From a virus (taxonomy: Duplodnaviria; Caudoviricetes), in IMG/VR virus record IMGVR_UViG_3300033755_000172, positions 1 through 37,696 of that record: 37,696 nt of DNA. The stretch is one strand, 5' to 3'. Within the stretch, counting starts at the first letter, position 1; each line of letters starts with the position of its first letter. Both the position numbers and the translations under genes were made by a program. Below the pieces are notes generated by a model. That model had not been told where the DNA came from. It worked only from the letters and a program-made list of their open reading frames with translations, and searched no databases. This document shows, one piece after another, positions 1-8,278 of this stretch.

Positions 1-11
1 GGCAAGCCTCC

Positions 12-749
12 CTAAAGTCGGTTGTCCCACCATATCACCTTGCCGATGATGGCAAAACCACCGTCTCGGCCGAGCTTGAAGAACTCCGGAGGGTTCTCGG
101 CGCCATTGTCGCTTAAGATCGCGACCGTGCCCTCGCCGATGTCGCGCAGCCGCTTCAGGCGCAGACCGCCCGACTGGTTGAAAACGAAGATGTCGTCAGG
201 GGGCAACCTTTTCCGCGGGCCTTTTCGGGGCGGCGGCCGCCATGGCCGCAAGGCGCGTTGCCGCTCGTCGACGATCAAGATCGCGCCGTCCTGGATCGTC
301 GGCGCCATCGAGTCCCCGGAACAACGCAAACACGAAAGCTCGGCCCCGATCGGCGCCAATTTGCGGATGAACTCCGTCGGGAAGGGCAATTCGTCGACCG
401 CCTTGACGACGTCCGCCTGTGTGCCGGCGCCCGCTGCGGCGTCGATGTCGAGAACCGGTATCATGACGACGCTCGGCGTCGCCGCTTTCGACGCCATGAG
501 CGCCGGAGATCGAAAGAACTCAGCGGGGTCGATCCCGGCGGCGATAGCAATGAGCAGGAAGCGATCGAGCGGAGGCGACGTTCTTCCGGAATAGTAGTCT
601 TTCAGGGTCGGCGCGGGAATCGACGTCAACTCGGCGATGCGCCGGCGCTGCGCCGATGTCTGCAACACATCCTGGAGCCGAGCAAGGACGTAGGCCGCGC
701 GCATGGCGGCGGAATAATCAACCTCGCGGGGCGTCAAAATGTCAGCCAT
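12..749 (-). CDS. Prophage repressor, XRE HTH plus S24 (LexA/CI-like) peptidase domain
   Basis: HTH (IAELTSIPAPTLKDYYSGRTSPP); Ala-Gly site (DAAAGAG); catalytic SGDSMAPTI and LKRL; ends IIGKVIW; divergent from ner. ATG at 749 chosen over the longer ORF-track start. Confidence 0.92.
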   Translation of the reverse strand: MADILTPREVDYSAAMRAAYVLARLQDVLQTSAQRRRIAELTSIPAPTLKDYYSGRTSPPLDRFLLIAIAAGIDPAEFFRSPALMASKAATPSVVMIPVLDIDAAAGAGTQADVVKAVDELPFPTEFIRKLAPIGAELSCLRCSGDSMAPTIQDGAILIVDERQRALRPWRPPPRKGPRKRLPPDDIFVFNQSGGLRLKRLRDIGEGTVAILSDNGAENPPEFFKLGRDGGFAIIGKVIWWDNRL

Positions 750-830
750 GGATGAAAATCCATCTTGACACCGAGCGGCGGCCGGATGAAATATCAACCA
801 AGGTTGATTTGCCTGGATGATTTTTCATTG
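750..830. promoter_or_regulatory. Immunity switch region: three operator-like imperfect palindromes GGATGA-N4-TCATCC (750-765, 784-799, 815-830) and a rightward promoter with TTGACA at 765-770
   Basis: ggatga-aaat-ccatct, ggatga-aata-tcaacc and ggatga-tttt-tcattg read directly; perfect -35 hexamer; AT-rich relative to the window; lies between divergent repressor and ner. Confidence 0.75.
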
Positions 831-857
831 GCCGTCCGTCCAACCCCTCCTGCCGGC

Positions 858-1166
858 ATGCACCGAGCCGACATCGTCGCCGCCGTCAAGAAAACGGGCA
901 CGAACCTGCGGCAGCTCGCTCTGAGCCATGGCTTCGGAGCGTCGACGCTCCGCGCCGCCCTGTACAAGCCCCATCCCCGCGCGCAGCGGCTGATCGCTGA
1001 GACGATTGACAAACCGCTGCATGAACTGTGGCCCCAGTGGTTCGACACCAACGGGCGGCGCATCGCCGCGCGCTCCCCTCGCTCGCCTCTCTTCCACGAC
1101 TCGCGTCTTGGAGTCGACCCTAACCGCGTCCGATCCCTCCAAGACAGCGGCGTGAAAAATGCCTGA
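858..1166 (+). CDS. ner: Ner-like transcriptional regulator
   Basis: MHRADIVAAVKKTGTNLRQLA...LRAALYKPHPRAQRLIAETIDKPLHELWPQWF matches the Ner/Nlp pattern; in-frame TTG at 828 is an alternative start. Confidence 0.9.
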   Translation: MHRADIVAAVKKTGTNLRQLALSHGFGASTLRAALYKPHPRAQRLIAETIDKPLHELWPQWFDTNGRRIAARSPRSPLFHDSRLGVDPNRVRSLQDSGVKNA

Positions 1167-1980
1167 GACTATCCGAATTGACGCTATCGACGCCAGTGGC
1201 CGCCTGCGGCCAATCGACTCGGATCACGCTGCGTTTATCGCCTCTTCGATCGAGCAGAAGGGGATCATCGAGCCGCTCATCGTTCGCCCGGCTGGCGAGC
1301 GCTACAAACTGACGGCGGGCGGCCACCGCTTGGCGGCGGTCAAGCTGCTCGGCTGGACGGAGTTGGTCGTCGGTCCGCAAGTGCTGATCCGCGACGAGGA
1401 TGAGATTGAGGCCCGCGTCTCGGAAATTGACGAGAACCTCGTGCGGCCTGATCTCAACGCGCTCGACCGCGCGCTGTTCCTTGCCGAGCGCCGGCGGTTA
1501 TACGACGAGAAGAACGGCGCCAATTCGCATGGCGGCGACAGGAAATCGAACAAATTCAAGGAAGAAACCAAGTCGCAAACTTTGCGACTTGGTTTTTCCG
1601 CGCGCTTTTCCGAGCAGGTCGCCGACCGGGTCGGGCTCTCCGAGCGCGCAGTGCAACTCGCGCTTCGCATCGCCGCCAGCCTCGACCGCGAGGCGCTCGA
1701 CGCGCTACGCGGCACGCGCGTCGAGCGCAATCAGCAAGAGCTCTTGGCGCTGATCGAGCTGCCCGCCGACCAGCAGCGGGCGGCGGCGAAGAAGATCGCC
1801 ACGGGCGCGGCGAAGAGCGTGCGCGAGGCGCGCGTCGCCATCGGCGTCGACGAAGCGGCGATCAACGATCCGCAGGCGCGCTGCTGGGCGACGCTGCTCG
1901 CCGCCTGGGAGAAAGCCAACGCCAAGACGCGCCGGGCGTTCCTGAAAGAGATCGGCGCCGAAATCGTCAAGAAGGGCTGA
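1159..1980 (+). CDS. ParB N-terminal domain protein with HTH
   Basis: SIEQKGIIEPLIVR, AGGHRLAA (GxxR), EIDENLVR, HGGDRKS, HTH VADRVGLSERAVQ. Confidence 0.9.
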   Translation: MPETIRIDAIDASGRLRPIDSDHAAFIASSIEQKGIIEPLIVRPAGERYKLTAGGHRLAAVKLLGWTELVVGPQVLIRDEDEIEARVSEIDENLVRPDLNALDRALFLAERRRLYDEKNGANSHGGDRKSNKFKEETKSQTLRLGFSARFSEQVADRVGLSERAVQLALRIAASLDREALDALRGTRVERNQQELLALIELPADQQRAAAKKIATGAAKSVREARVAIGVDEAAINDPQARCWATLLAAWEKANAKTRRAFLKEIGAEIVKKG

Positions 1981-1984
1981 GGCG

Positions 1985-2398
1985 ATGGGCGACGTTCCCG
2001 ACGACGCCTTTGATGCGGATTTCTTATCGATCCGCCTCTCGCGCGCAGATTGGTCCGAGATCGTCGCCTTGCTGGCGGCGGACGCGCTGAACAGCGAGTT
2101 TCTCGCGATGGGGCTGCGGTCCTGCGACAAGGAGCCCTACCGGAAGGAGGCGCTGCGCGCGATCGGCATCATCAACCAGATACTTTCCGGGTTGGGGGGC
2201 GCGCTCGGGCGATTGTGGCCGGAGGACGGGGCGAACGCCGACCTCTGGCTGGAACTGTTGCGCAAGCGCTGCGCGAACCGCGCGGCCTTTGCGCCGCAGG
2301 TCATCTGCGCGGTGAGCAAGGAGGGCGTCGCCGCGATCATGGGGACGCCGCCGAGCGCTCTCCGACGCAATTGGTGTCTTCCGCCGGAGCGCGAGTGA
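1985..2398 (+). CDS. Hypothetical protein
   Basis: Fills the gap between ParB and transposase; TGATG overlap with the A start. Confidence 0.55.
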   Translation: MGDVPDDAFDADFLSIRLSRADWSEIVALLAADALNSEFLAMGLRSCDKEPYRKEALRAIGIINQILSGLGGALGRLWPEDGANADLWLELLRKRCANRAAFAPQVICAVSKEGVAAIMGTPPSALRRNWCLPPERE

Positions 2399-4722
2399 TG
2401 CGCGACTGGCTCTCCACCGCAGAACTCGCCGACCTCGCGCTCCCAGGTCTCCCGACGACGCGACAGGGGTGGGACAAATTCGTCGAGCGCGAGGGTTGGA
2501 TCGAGCGCAAGGACAAGGTCCGCCTGCGCAAAGAGAGCGGCGGCGGCCTCGAATATCACGTCGACCTGCTGCCGCCGGCGGCGCTCGCCGCCTACGCGGC
2601 GCGGGCGATCGGCGCGGTGGAGATCGGGCGCGACGAACTCGCCGCCGCCGCCGCCGAGCCGCAGGCGGCGCAGCTCACCCTGCCGGCGCTGGAGTCGCGC
2701 GATGCGCGGCTGGCGCTGATCGCCGCGGCCGACCGCTTCGCCCGCAACGCCTCGCTGTCGCGCCGCACCGCCGACACGGCGTTTTGCGCCCTCTACGGCC
2801 TCGACAAGCTCGACATCGCGCCGTGGATCAAGGCCGCCGTGCGCCGGCTGTCGCCGCGCACCCTGGCGCGCTGGCGGGAACAGACGAAGCACGGCTCGCC
2901 CTCCCGGCTCGACGTCGATCGCGGCGCAGCGCGGCGCGGCAAGGGCCTGTTGGCGACCGCCGAAGGCGGCGAGGTCAAACGCTACATACTCGCTCTGATT
3001 GCACACCAGCCGCACCTTTCCGCCGACCACGTTCGCGAGTGCGTCGCCGCCAAGTTTCCGAGCCTGACGCCGCCGCCGGTGCGCACCTTTCAGCACGTTT
3101 TGAAGGACCTCAAACGGACCGAAGCGGCGCTGCTGGCCAAGATCACCAATCCCGACGCCTTCAAGTCGCGCTTCCGCCTGTCCGGCACGAAATCGCACCC
3201 GGTTTCGCGGCTCAACGAGCTGTGGATGATCGACGCCTCGCCGGCCGACGCGCTGTGCGTCGACGGCCGCCACTCGATCTACGCCTGCGTCGACATCTTC
3301 TCGCGCCGGCTGTCCATTCAGGTCACCCGCACGCCGCGCGCCGAGAGCGTCGCCCTGCTGATGCGCCGCGCCATCCTCAATTGGGGCGCGCCGGAGCGGG
3401 TCAAGACCGACAACGGCTCGGATTTCAAGGCTAAGGCGACGCAACGGCTGTTCGCCTCGCTGCGCATCGAAACCGAGGCCTCGACGCCGTTCTCGCCGGA
3501 GCAGAAAGGCCACATCGAGCGGGCGATCGGCACGCTGCAGCGCGACCTGATGCCGCTGCTGCCCGGCTTCATCGGCCACAACGTCAAGGATCGCTCGGTG
3601 ATCGAGGAGCGCAAGGCGTTCTCGGCGCGGCTCGGCGAAAGCGACGCCGAGGCGTTCTGCGTCGAGCTGAAGGCGGCCGAGCTGCAGCGCTATTGCAACG
3701 AATGGGCGGAGAACCGCTACGCCCATCGGCCGCACGAAGGGCTCCAAGGCGCGACGCCGTTCGCCGCCGCCGCCGCCTACCCCGGCAAGATCAAGCGGAT
3801 CGACGACGTGCGGGCGCTCGACCTACTGCTGGCGCCGATCGCCGGCAAGGACGGCCTGCGCGTCGTCGGCAAGACCGGCCTGCGCATCGATCACTCGCAC
3901 TACATCTTCGCCGCGGCGATGCCGGGGACGGCCGTGTTCGTGCGCATGGACCCGGCCGACATGGGCCGCGCCTACGTGTTCGCGCTCGACGGGGAAACCT
4001 ACCTCGGCGAGGCGGTCTGCCCCGAGCTGGCCGGCGTCGATCCGGCCGAGGCGGTGGCGCGGGCGCGCGCCGAGCAGAAGAAGCTGCTCGAAGCCGGCGC
4101 GAAGGAACTGCGCGCCGAAATGCGCAAGATACGCCCACGCGACGTCGCCGAAGCCGTGCTCGGCCGCGCGGCGGAGAAGGCGGCCAAGGTCGTCGCCTTC
4201 CCGCGCGGCCACGACGTCTACGCCACGCCGGCGCTCAACGCGGCGGGCGAAGCGCTGCGGCCCGCGCCGCCGGCGCCGGCGCTGCCGTCGCCGGACGATG
4301 CTCGCGCGCTGGTGGCGCAATACGAGCAGCAGCATGACGCCAACGTCGCCGAGGTCGAGCGCGAGCTCGCCGGCGCGCAGGCCGATAAAGACGGCGACGT
4401 GGTCGCGCTGAGAGCGCGCGCGACGCCGCAGCAGCGCATGGCGCTGTTTCGCGAACTCGACGCGCTCGATCGCGACGGCGCCGTTCTCTCGCCGAGCGAC
4501 ATGAGCTGGCATGCCGCGTTCCGCCGCGCTCCCGAGTTCATCGGCGCGATGACGACGCCGTCGGAGCGCTATCGGCACGTGCAATTTCTGCTTTCGTGCC
4601 GCGCGGTCAACGAGGCGCTGTTTGCTTACGAGGATCGCTGGCTCGGCCATTACCTGTCGAGCGGCGAATACGAAACGACGGCCGGCCTGGTCGCGGACTT
4701 CGGGGAGGCGGCGCTGAGGTGA
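2398..4722 (+). CDS. A: Mu-like DDE transposase A (774 aa)
   Basis: N-terminal Mu DNA-binding motif WLSTAELADLALPGLPTTRQG; DDE residues in WMIDASPAD, KTDNGSDF, KGHIERAIG; Mu C-terminal region (VRMDPADMGRAYVF). ATG at 2398. Confidence 0.96.
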   Translation: MRDWLSTAELADLALPGLPTTRQGWDKFVEREGWIERKDKVRLRKESGGGLEYHVDLLPPAALAAYAARAIGAVEIGRDELAAAAAEPQAAQLTLPALESRDARLALIAAADRFARNASLSRRTADTAFCALYGLDKLDIAPWIKAAVRRLSPRTLARWREQTKHGSPSRLDVDRGAARRGKGLLATAEGGEVKRYILALIAHQPHLSADHVRECVAAKFPSLTPPPVRTFQHVLKDLKRTEAALLAKITNPDAFKSRFRLSGTKSHPVSRLNELWMIDASPADALCVDGRHSIYACVDIFSRRLSIQVTRTPRAESVALLMRRAILNWGAPERVKTDNGSDFKAKATQRLFASLRIETEASTPFSPEQKGHIERAIGTLQRDLMPLLPGFIGHNVKDRSVIEERKAFSARLGESDAEAFCVELKAAELQRYCNEWAENRYAHRPHEGLQGATPFAAAAAYPGKIKRIDDVRALDLLLAPIAGKDGLRVVGKTGLRIDHSHYIFAAAMPGTAVFVRMDPADMGRAYVFALDGETYLGEAVCPELAGVDPAEAVARARAEQKKLLEAGAKELRAEMRKIRPRDVAEAVLGRAAEKAAKVVAFPRGHDVYATPALNAAGEALRPAPPAPALPSPDDARALVAQYEQQHDANVAEVERELAGAQADKDGDVVALRARATPQQRMALFRELDALDRDGAVLSPSDMSWHAAFRRAPEFIGAMTTPSERYRHVQFLLSCRAVNEALFAYEDRWLGHYLSSGEYETTAGLVADFGEAALR

Positions 4723-4795
4723 CGGCGCGCGCGTCTCGCTAGACCCCGGCGCCCGTGTGGCGTTCCGCGTCGGGAAGTTCCTCAAAGCGTTGGCG

Positions 4796-4822
4796 AAAAA
4801 AAAAGGCCGCCCGAAGGCGGCC
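4796..4822 (-). terminator. Rho-independent terminator oriented for leftward (antisense) transcription between A and B
   Basis: Hairpin GGCCGCC-CGAA-GGCGGCC (4805-4822) preceded by A9 on +, i.e. followed by U9 on the minus strand. Confidence 0.7.
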
Positions 4823-4845
4823 GATAAATATCGAAGGACTAGAGA

Positions 4846-5619
4846 ATGACAGACAACGCTCAAGTCGTCAAACCGGGCTCGCTGGCGCCGCTGAAGAACT
4901 TCGCCGGCTTCATGGCCCTGGTGACGAAGTTGCAGCGCCGGGGGCCGCATCTGCCGAACCTCGGCGTGATGTACGGGCACTCGGGGCTGGGGAAGTCCTA
5001 CGCCTCGATCTACGCGCAGAACAAGACGCGCGCCGTCCGGGTCGAGGTCGGCGAGTCGTGGAACCGCAAGACCTTCGTGCGCGCGGTGCTGCTCGAATGC
5101 GGCGTCGCCAATCCCAGGGGAACCACCGCCGACCTGGTGGCCGAGGCGATCGGGCTGCTCGGCGACGAGCCGAGCCGGCCGCTGATGGTCGACGAGGCGG
5201 ACAAGCTGGTCGACAAGGGACTGATCGAGCTGGTGCGGGAGATCTCGGAAGCGAGCCAGGTCCCGGTGCTGCTGATCGGCGAGGAGATGTTGCCGCAGAA
5301 GCTGGCGCGGGTCGAGCGCGTCCACAACCGCGTGCTCGACTGGTACGGCGCCGAGCCCTGCGACCTCGCCGACTGCAAGCTGCTGGCGCAAATCTTCCTT
5401 TCAAACGTCAAGATCAGCGACGAGCTGTTGGAGACCGTGCGTCTCAAGGGCGAAGGGCGCGCCAGGCGCATCGTCGTGACGCTGTCGGGCATGAACGACT
5501 GGGCGCGCAATCAGGGCGTCCGCGAGATCGACGCGAAGGGCTACTCCGGCGCGCTGTTCACCGGCGAAGCGCCGCGCGCGCGTTCGGGCAGGCTCGCGCA
5601 GGCCGGGAGGTTCGCATGA
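4846..5619 (+). CDS. B: Transposition ATPase B (AAA+)
   Basis: Walker A GHSGLGKS, Walker B LMVDEAD; directly downstream of the transposase. Confidence 0.93.
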   Translation: MTDNAQVVKPGSLAPLKNFAGFMALVTKLQRRGPHLPNLGVMYGHSGLGKSYASIYAQNKTRAVRVEVGESWNRKTFVRAVLLECGVANPRGTTADLVAEAIGLLGDEPSRPLMVDEADKLVDKGLIELVREISEASQVPVLLIGEEMLPQKLARVERVHNRVLDWYGAEPCDLADCKLLAQIFLSNVKISDELLETVRLKGEGRARRIVVTLSGMNDWARNQGVREIDAKGYSGALFTGEAPRARSGRLAQAGRFA

Positions 5620-6203
5620 CCGCGATCGCTCTCAAGGTCAACCTGCCGCGCGGGCCGGAGCATTACTGGCGGGCTGCGTGCGACTTCGGGCCGAGCGGCT
5701 TCACCGCTCGCGAGCTGCTCGGCTGCACCAACGGCGTGAGCCGCGCGACGATCCGGTTCTGGATCGACGACATGGTGAAGCTCGGCGCGCTCGTCGTCAT
5801 CGACCGGCGCGACGTCAAGCCTCGCGGCCAGCTCGTCTACGCGGTCGCCGAGGCGAAGCGGAAGGCGCCCGCGCCGGAGACCCGGCACGGCTGCATTCAA
5901 CGCCACCTCTGGACTGCGATGCGCAATCTGTCGACGTTCACGATCGCCGAGCTGGCGGCCGCCGCGTCGACCGACGAGGTGAGCATCGATCGCCACACCG
6001 CCGCCGACTATGTGCGGCGGCTTGCCCAGGCTGGCGCGCTGACTGTCGCGCGGTCGACCCGCGCCAACAATCTCAACTCGGGAGTTTGGCGGCTCAAGGC
6101 GGCGGCCGACACCGGACCGCTCGCGCCGCGCCAGGTCAAGGCGAAATTCATGGTCGACGGCAACACCGGCGAGCCGCTGGGGATCGCGGAGGCGACGCTA
6201 TGA
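5616..6203 (+). CDS. Hypothetical DNA-binding protein, probably two winged-helix modules
   Basis: ATGA overlap with B; two similar FTxxEL...Y/W...L..AG segments; C-terminal DTGPLAP. Confidence 0.75.
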   Translation: MTAIALKVNLPRGPEHYWRAACDFGPSGFTARELLGCTNGVSRATIRFWIDDMVKLGALVVIDRRDVKPRGQLVYAVAEAKRKAPAPETRHGCIQRHLWTAMRNLSTFTIAELAAAASTDEVSIDRHTAADYVRRLAQAGALTVARSTRANNLNSGVWRLKAAADTGPLAPRQVKAKFMVDGNTGEPLGIAEATL

Positions 6204-6634
6204 CCTCGTCGCTTTCCGCTTCGCTTGCGCGCGCCGGCGGGGCGCGCAAAACGGACTTCGCAGCCAACGCCCGCAAGGGTTGGGGCGAGACGCCGCCGGA
6301 TTGGATCGTCCAGCTCGCCGAGGAATGCGACCGCGCCAGCGCTTCGGAAGTGGCGCGGCGGCTCGACTATTCGGTCGCGGTGATCTCCGGCGTGGTGCTG
6401 GGGACTTACAAGGGCGATCTGCGCAGGGTCGAGGGCAAGGTGCGCGGCGCCTACATGGGCGCGGTGGTCGACTGCCCGGTGCTCGACGAGATCGAGCGCG
6501 ACCGCTGCATCGCCGAGCAGGGGTTCAAGCATCTCGGCTCGTCGGCGGTGCGCGCCAAGCTCTATCGCGCCTGCCGCTCCGGCTGTCCGCACTCGCACGT
6601 CAGGAAGGAGCCGGGCGATGGACAGGCTGTCTGA
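6200..6634 (+). CDS. HTH regulator with Cys-rich C-terminus
   Basis: SASEVARRLDYSVAVISGV HTH; CPVL...C...CRSGCPH; ATGA overlap. Confidence 0.75.
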   Translation: MTSSLSASLARAGGARKTDFAANARKGWGETPPDWIVQLAEECDRASASEVARRLDYSVAVISGVVLGTYKGDLRRVEGKVRGAYMGAVVDCPVLDEIERDRCIAEQGFKHLGSSAVRAKLYRACRSGCPHSHVRKEPGDGQAV

Positions 6635-6917
6635 GCAGATCGGCGCGTTCCGCCGCGCCTTCGGCCGCTACGTCGACGACGGCGTCGGCCTCACCGGCGA
6701 GGCGGTCGAAGCCCTCGACGGGCTGTTCGCCGCGTTCCAGGCGCAGGCGAAGCTGCTGGAAGGCGGCCAGGCGACGCCGGAGACGTTCGACGACATCTGC
6801 GGCGCGATCGTCGCCGAGGTCAAAGCGCTCGGCGACATGACGCGCCGCGTCGAAGCGACCGTCGGGCGCTTGCAGTCGGCGGAGATCATCGCCTTCCGTC
6901 CGCGCGAGGCGTTGTGA
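6618..6917 (+). CDS. Hypothetical protein
   Basis: AAGGAG RBS; operon context. Confidence 0.65.
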   Translation: MDRLSEQIGAFRRAFGRYVDDGVGLTGEAVEALDGLFAAFQAQAKLLEGGQATPETFDDICGAIVAEVKALGDMTRRVEATVGRLQSAEIIAFRPREAL

Positions 6918-7525
6918 TGCGCGACGTTCCGCTGGCGACCATCCTCGACGTCGTCGGCCGCCGCTGCGGGCTCGACGTCGCGCAGGCGCGCACGCAAGCG
7001 AGCGACGCGGCGCGCCAGGCCCGCCGCGTCTTCTGCTATCTCGCGCGCGGCCTGACGCAGGCGAGCCCGGCGGAGATCGGCGAGACGATCCTCGAACGCG
7101 AGGCGGAGGTCTGCGCCGCCGCCGAGGAAGTCGGCGCGCTCCTCTCGGAGGGGCGCGGCTTCGCCGAGCTGGTGGTCGAGGCGGAGATCGAGCTCAGGGC
7201 GCTGGTCGAGCTTTCGGCGACGCGCGGCTTCCCGCTGCCGACCACCGCTTCGCCGCGCGTGACGGCGGCGCGCCTGGTCCTCGGCGGCCGCGACGCCTTC
7301 ACCGTCCCTCGCGTCGACCTCGCCGCGCTCGCTGCCGCCTATCTCGCGCGCGCGGCCGAGCAGCCCTCCCCGCTCGTCCGCGCCGCGGGGAATTACGAAA
7401 ACGCCATCGCCGCCGCCGAGGCGGCGCGCTTCACCGCGCGCGAGCGCGGCGCCGACGCGGCGCTGAAGGCCGCGCGCGCTCGCCTTCTCGCCCTCATGGG
7501 AGTGGAAGCCTATGTCGAAGCCTAA
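6914..7525 (+). CDS. Protein with N-terminal DnaA domain-IV-like HTH
   Basis: ILDVVGRRCGLDV...ARRVFCYLARGLTQASPAEIG resembles DnaA C-terminal ARQIAMYLARELT.SL.EIG. Confidence 0.65.
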   Translation: MMRDVPLATILDVVGRRCGLDVAQARTQASDAARQARRVFCYLARGLTQASPAEIGETILEREAEVCAAAEEVGALLSEGRGFAELVVEAEIELRALVELSATRGFPLPTTASPRVTAARLVLGGRDAFTVPRVDLAALAAAYLARAAEQPSPLVRAAGNYENAIAAAEAARFTARERGADAALKAARARLLALMGVEAYVEA

Positions 7526-8048
7526 CCGGAAATCGAAGACTGTCGCTCCGCCGGTCGCCGCGCCGCAGTCGCGCGAGGAAGCGGCGCGTTACATCCGCGA
7601 GATCGGCGAAGCCAACCGCGCCGTGGCGCGGCTCGAAGCCGACATGAACGACCGCGTCGCCGCGATCAAGGACGAAGCCGAGCGGCAGGCGGCGCCGCTC
7701 GCCGCCTATGCGCGCGACCTCACCGAGGGCTTGCGCATGTGGTGCGAGGCGAACCGCCAGGCGCTGACGGACGGGGGAAAACGCAAGAACGCCGACTTCG
7801 GCACGGGGAAGATCGAATGGCGCCTGTCGCCGCCGAAAGTGACGATCCGCGGCGGCGTCGAGGCGGCGATCGCCGCCATCAAGCGGCTCGGGCTGCCGTT
7901 CCTGCGCATGAGCGAAGAGATCGACAAGGAGGCGATGCTGCGCGAGCCGGACCAGGCGCGTCTGGTCCCCGGCGTGTCGATCGGCTCGGCGGGCGAGATC
8001 TTCGCCGTCGAGCCGTTCGAGGTCGAGCTGATGGGAGAGGCGCCATGA
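7512..8048 (+). CDS. gam: Host-nuclease inhibitor Gam
   Basis: PQSREEA...IGE...coiled coil...WCEANR...GKRKNADFGTGKIEWRLSPPKV...EEIDKEAML. Confidence 0.92.
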   Translation: MSKPNRKSKTVAPPVAAPQSREEAARYIREIGEANRAVARLEADMNDRVAAIKDEAERQAAPLAAYARDLTEGLRMWCEANRQALTDGGKRKNADFGTGKIEWRLSPPKVTIRGGVEAAIAAIKRLGLPFLRMSEEIDKEAMLREPDQARLVPGVSIGSAGEIFAVEPFEVELMGEAP

Positions 8049-8278
8049 GAGCGCTGCTGCCGCTGATCTCCGCCTCCGGTTTCCTCATCGCGGCGGGCGC
8101 TATCGCCGTCACGTCGCCGAGCGCGATCGTCGCCCTCGGCGGCTCGACTTTCCTGATCGTCGTCGCCGCTATCCTGCTTTGCCAGCGCGACGCCGCGATC
8201 GCCGTCGAGATCGCCGATGAGCTGCTCGACCTTCTCAACCGGCCGGCGCGTCCGGCCGAGCGCGGCGGCCGCTCATGA
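8045..8278 (+). CDS. Small membrane protein (2 predicted TM segments)
   Basis: ATGA overlaps at both ends; hydrophobic LLPLISASGFLIAAGAIAV and IVALGGSTFLIVVAAILL. Confidence 0.65.
   Translation: MRALLPLISASGFLIAAGAIAVTSPSAIVALGGSTFLIVVAAILLCQRDAAIAVEIADELLDLLNRPARPAERGGRS

Noticed and set aside
1-11. Mu left end (TG) and transposase-binding sites
   Set aside because: Only 11 bp lie beyond the repressor stop; no end structure is visible
2050-2397. 890-aa transposase starting at 2050
   Set aside because: The Mu DNA-binding motif begins at ATG 2398; the upstream part overlaps another ORF and is low-complexity
4721-4795. HU/IHF C-terminal remnant (ARVAFRVGKFLK)
   Set aside because: Resemblance covers only ~12 residues; insufficient evidence
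4797-4822. A_AAA_AAG plus hairpin as a programmed frameshift fusing A and B
   Set aside because: The A stop lies upstream at 4720-4722, the hairpin abuts the A-run with no spacer, and in-frame stops precede B
4755-5615. 482-aa ORF overlapping B
   Set aside because: Shadow frame of GC-rich DNA; only 5616-6203 looks like real protein
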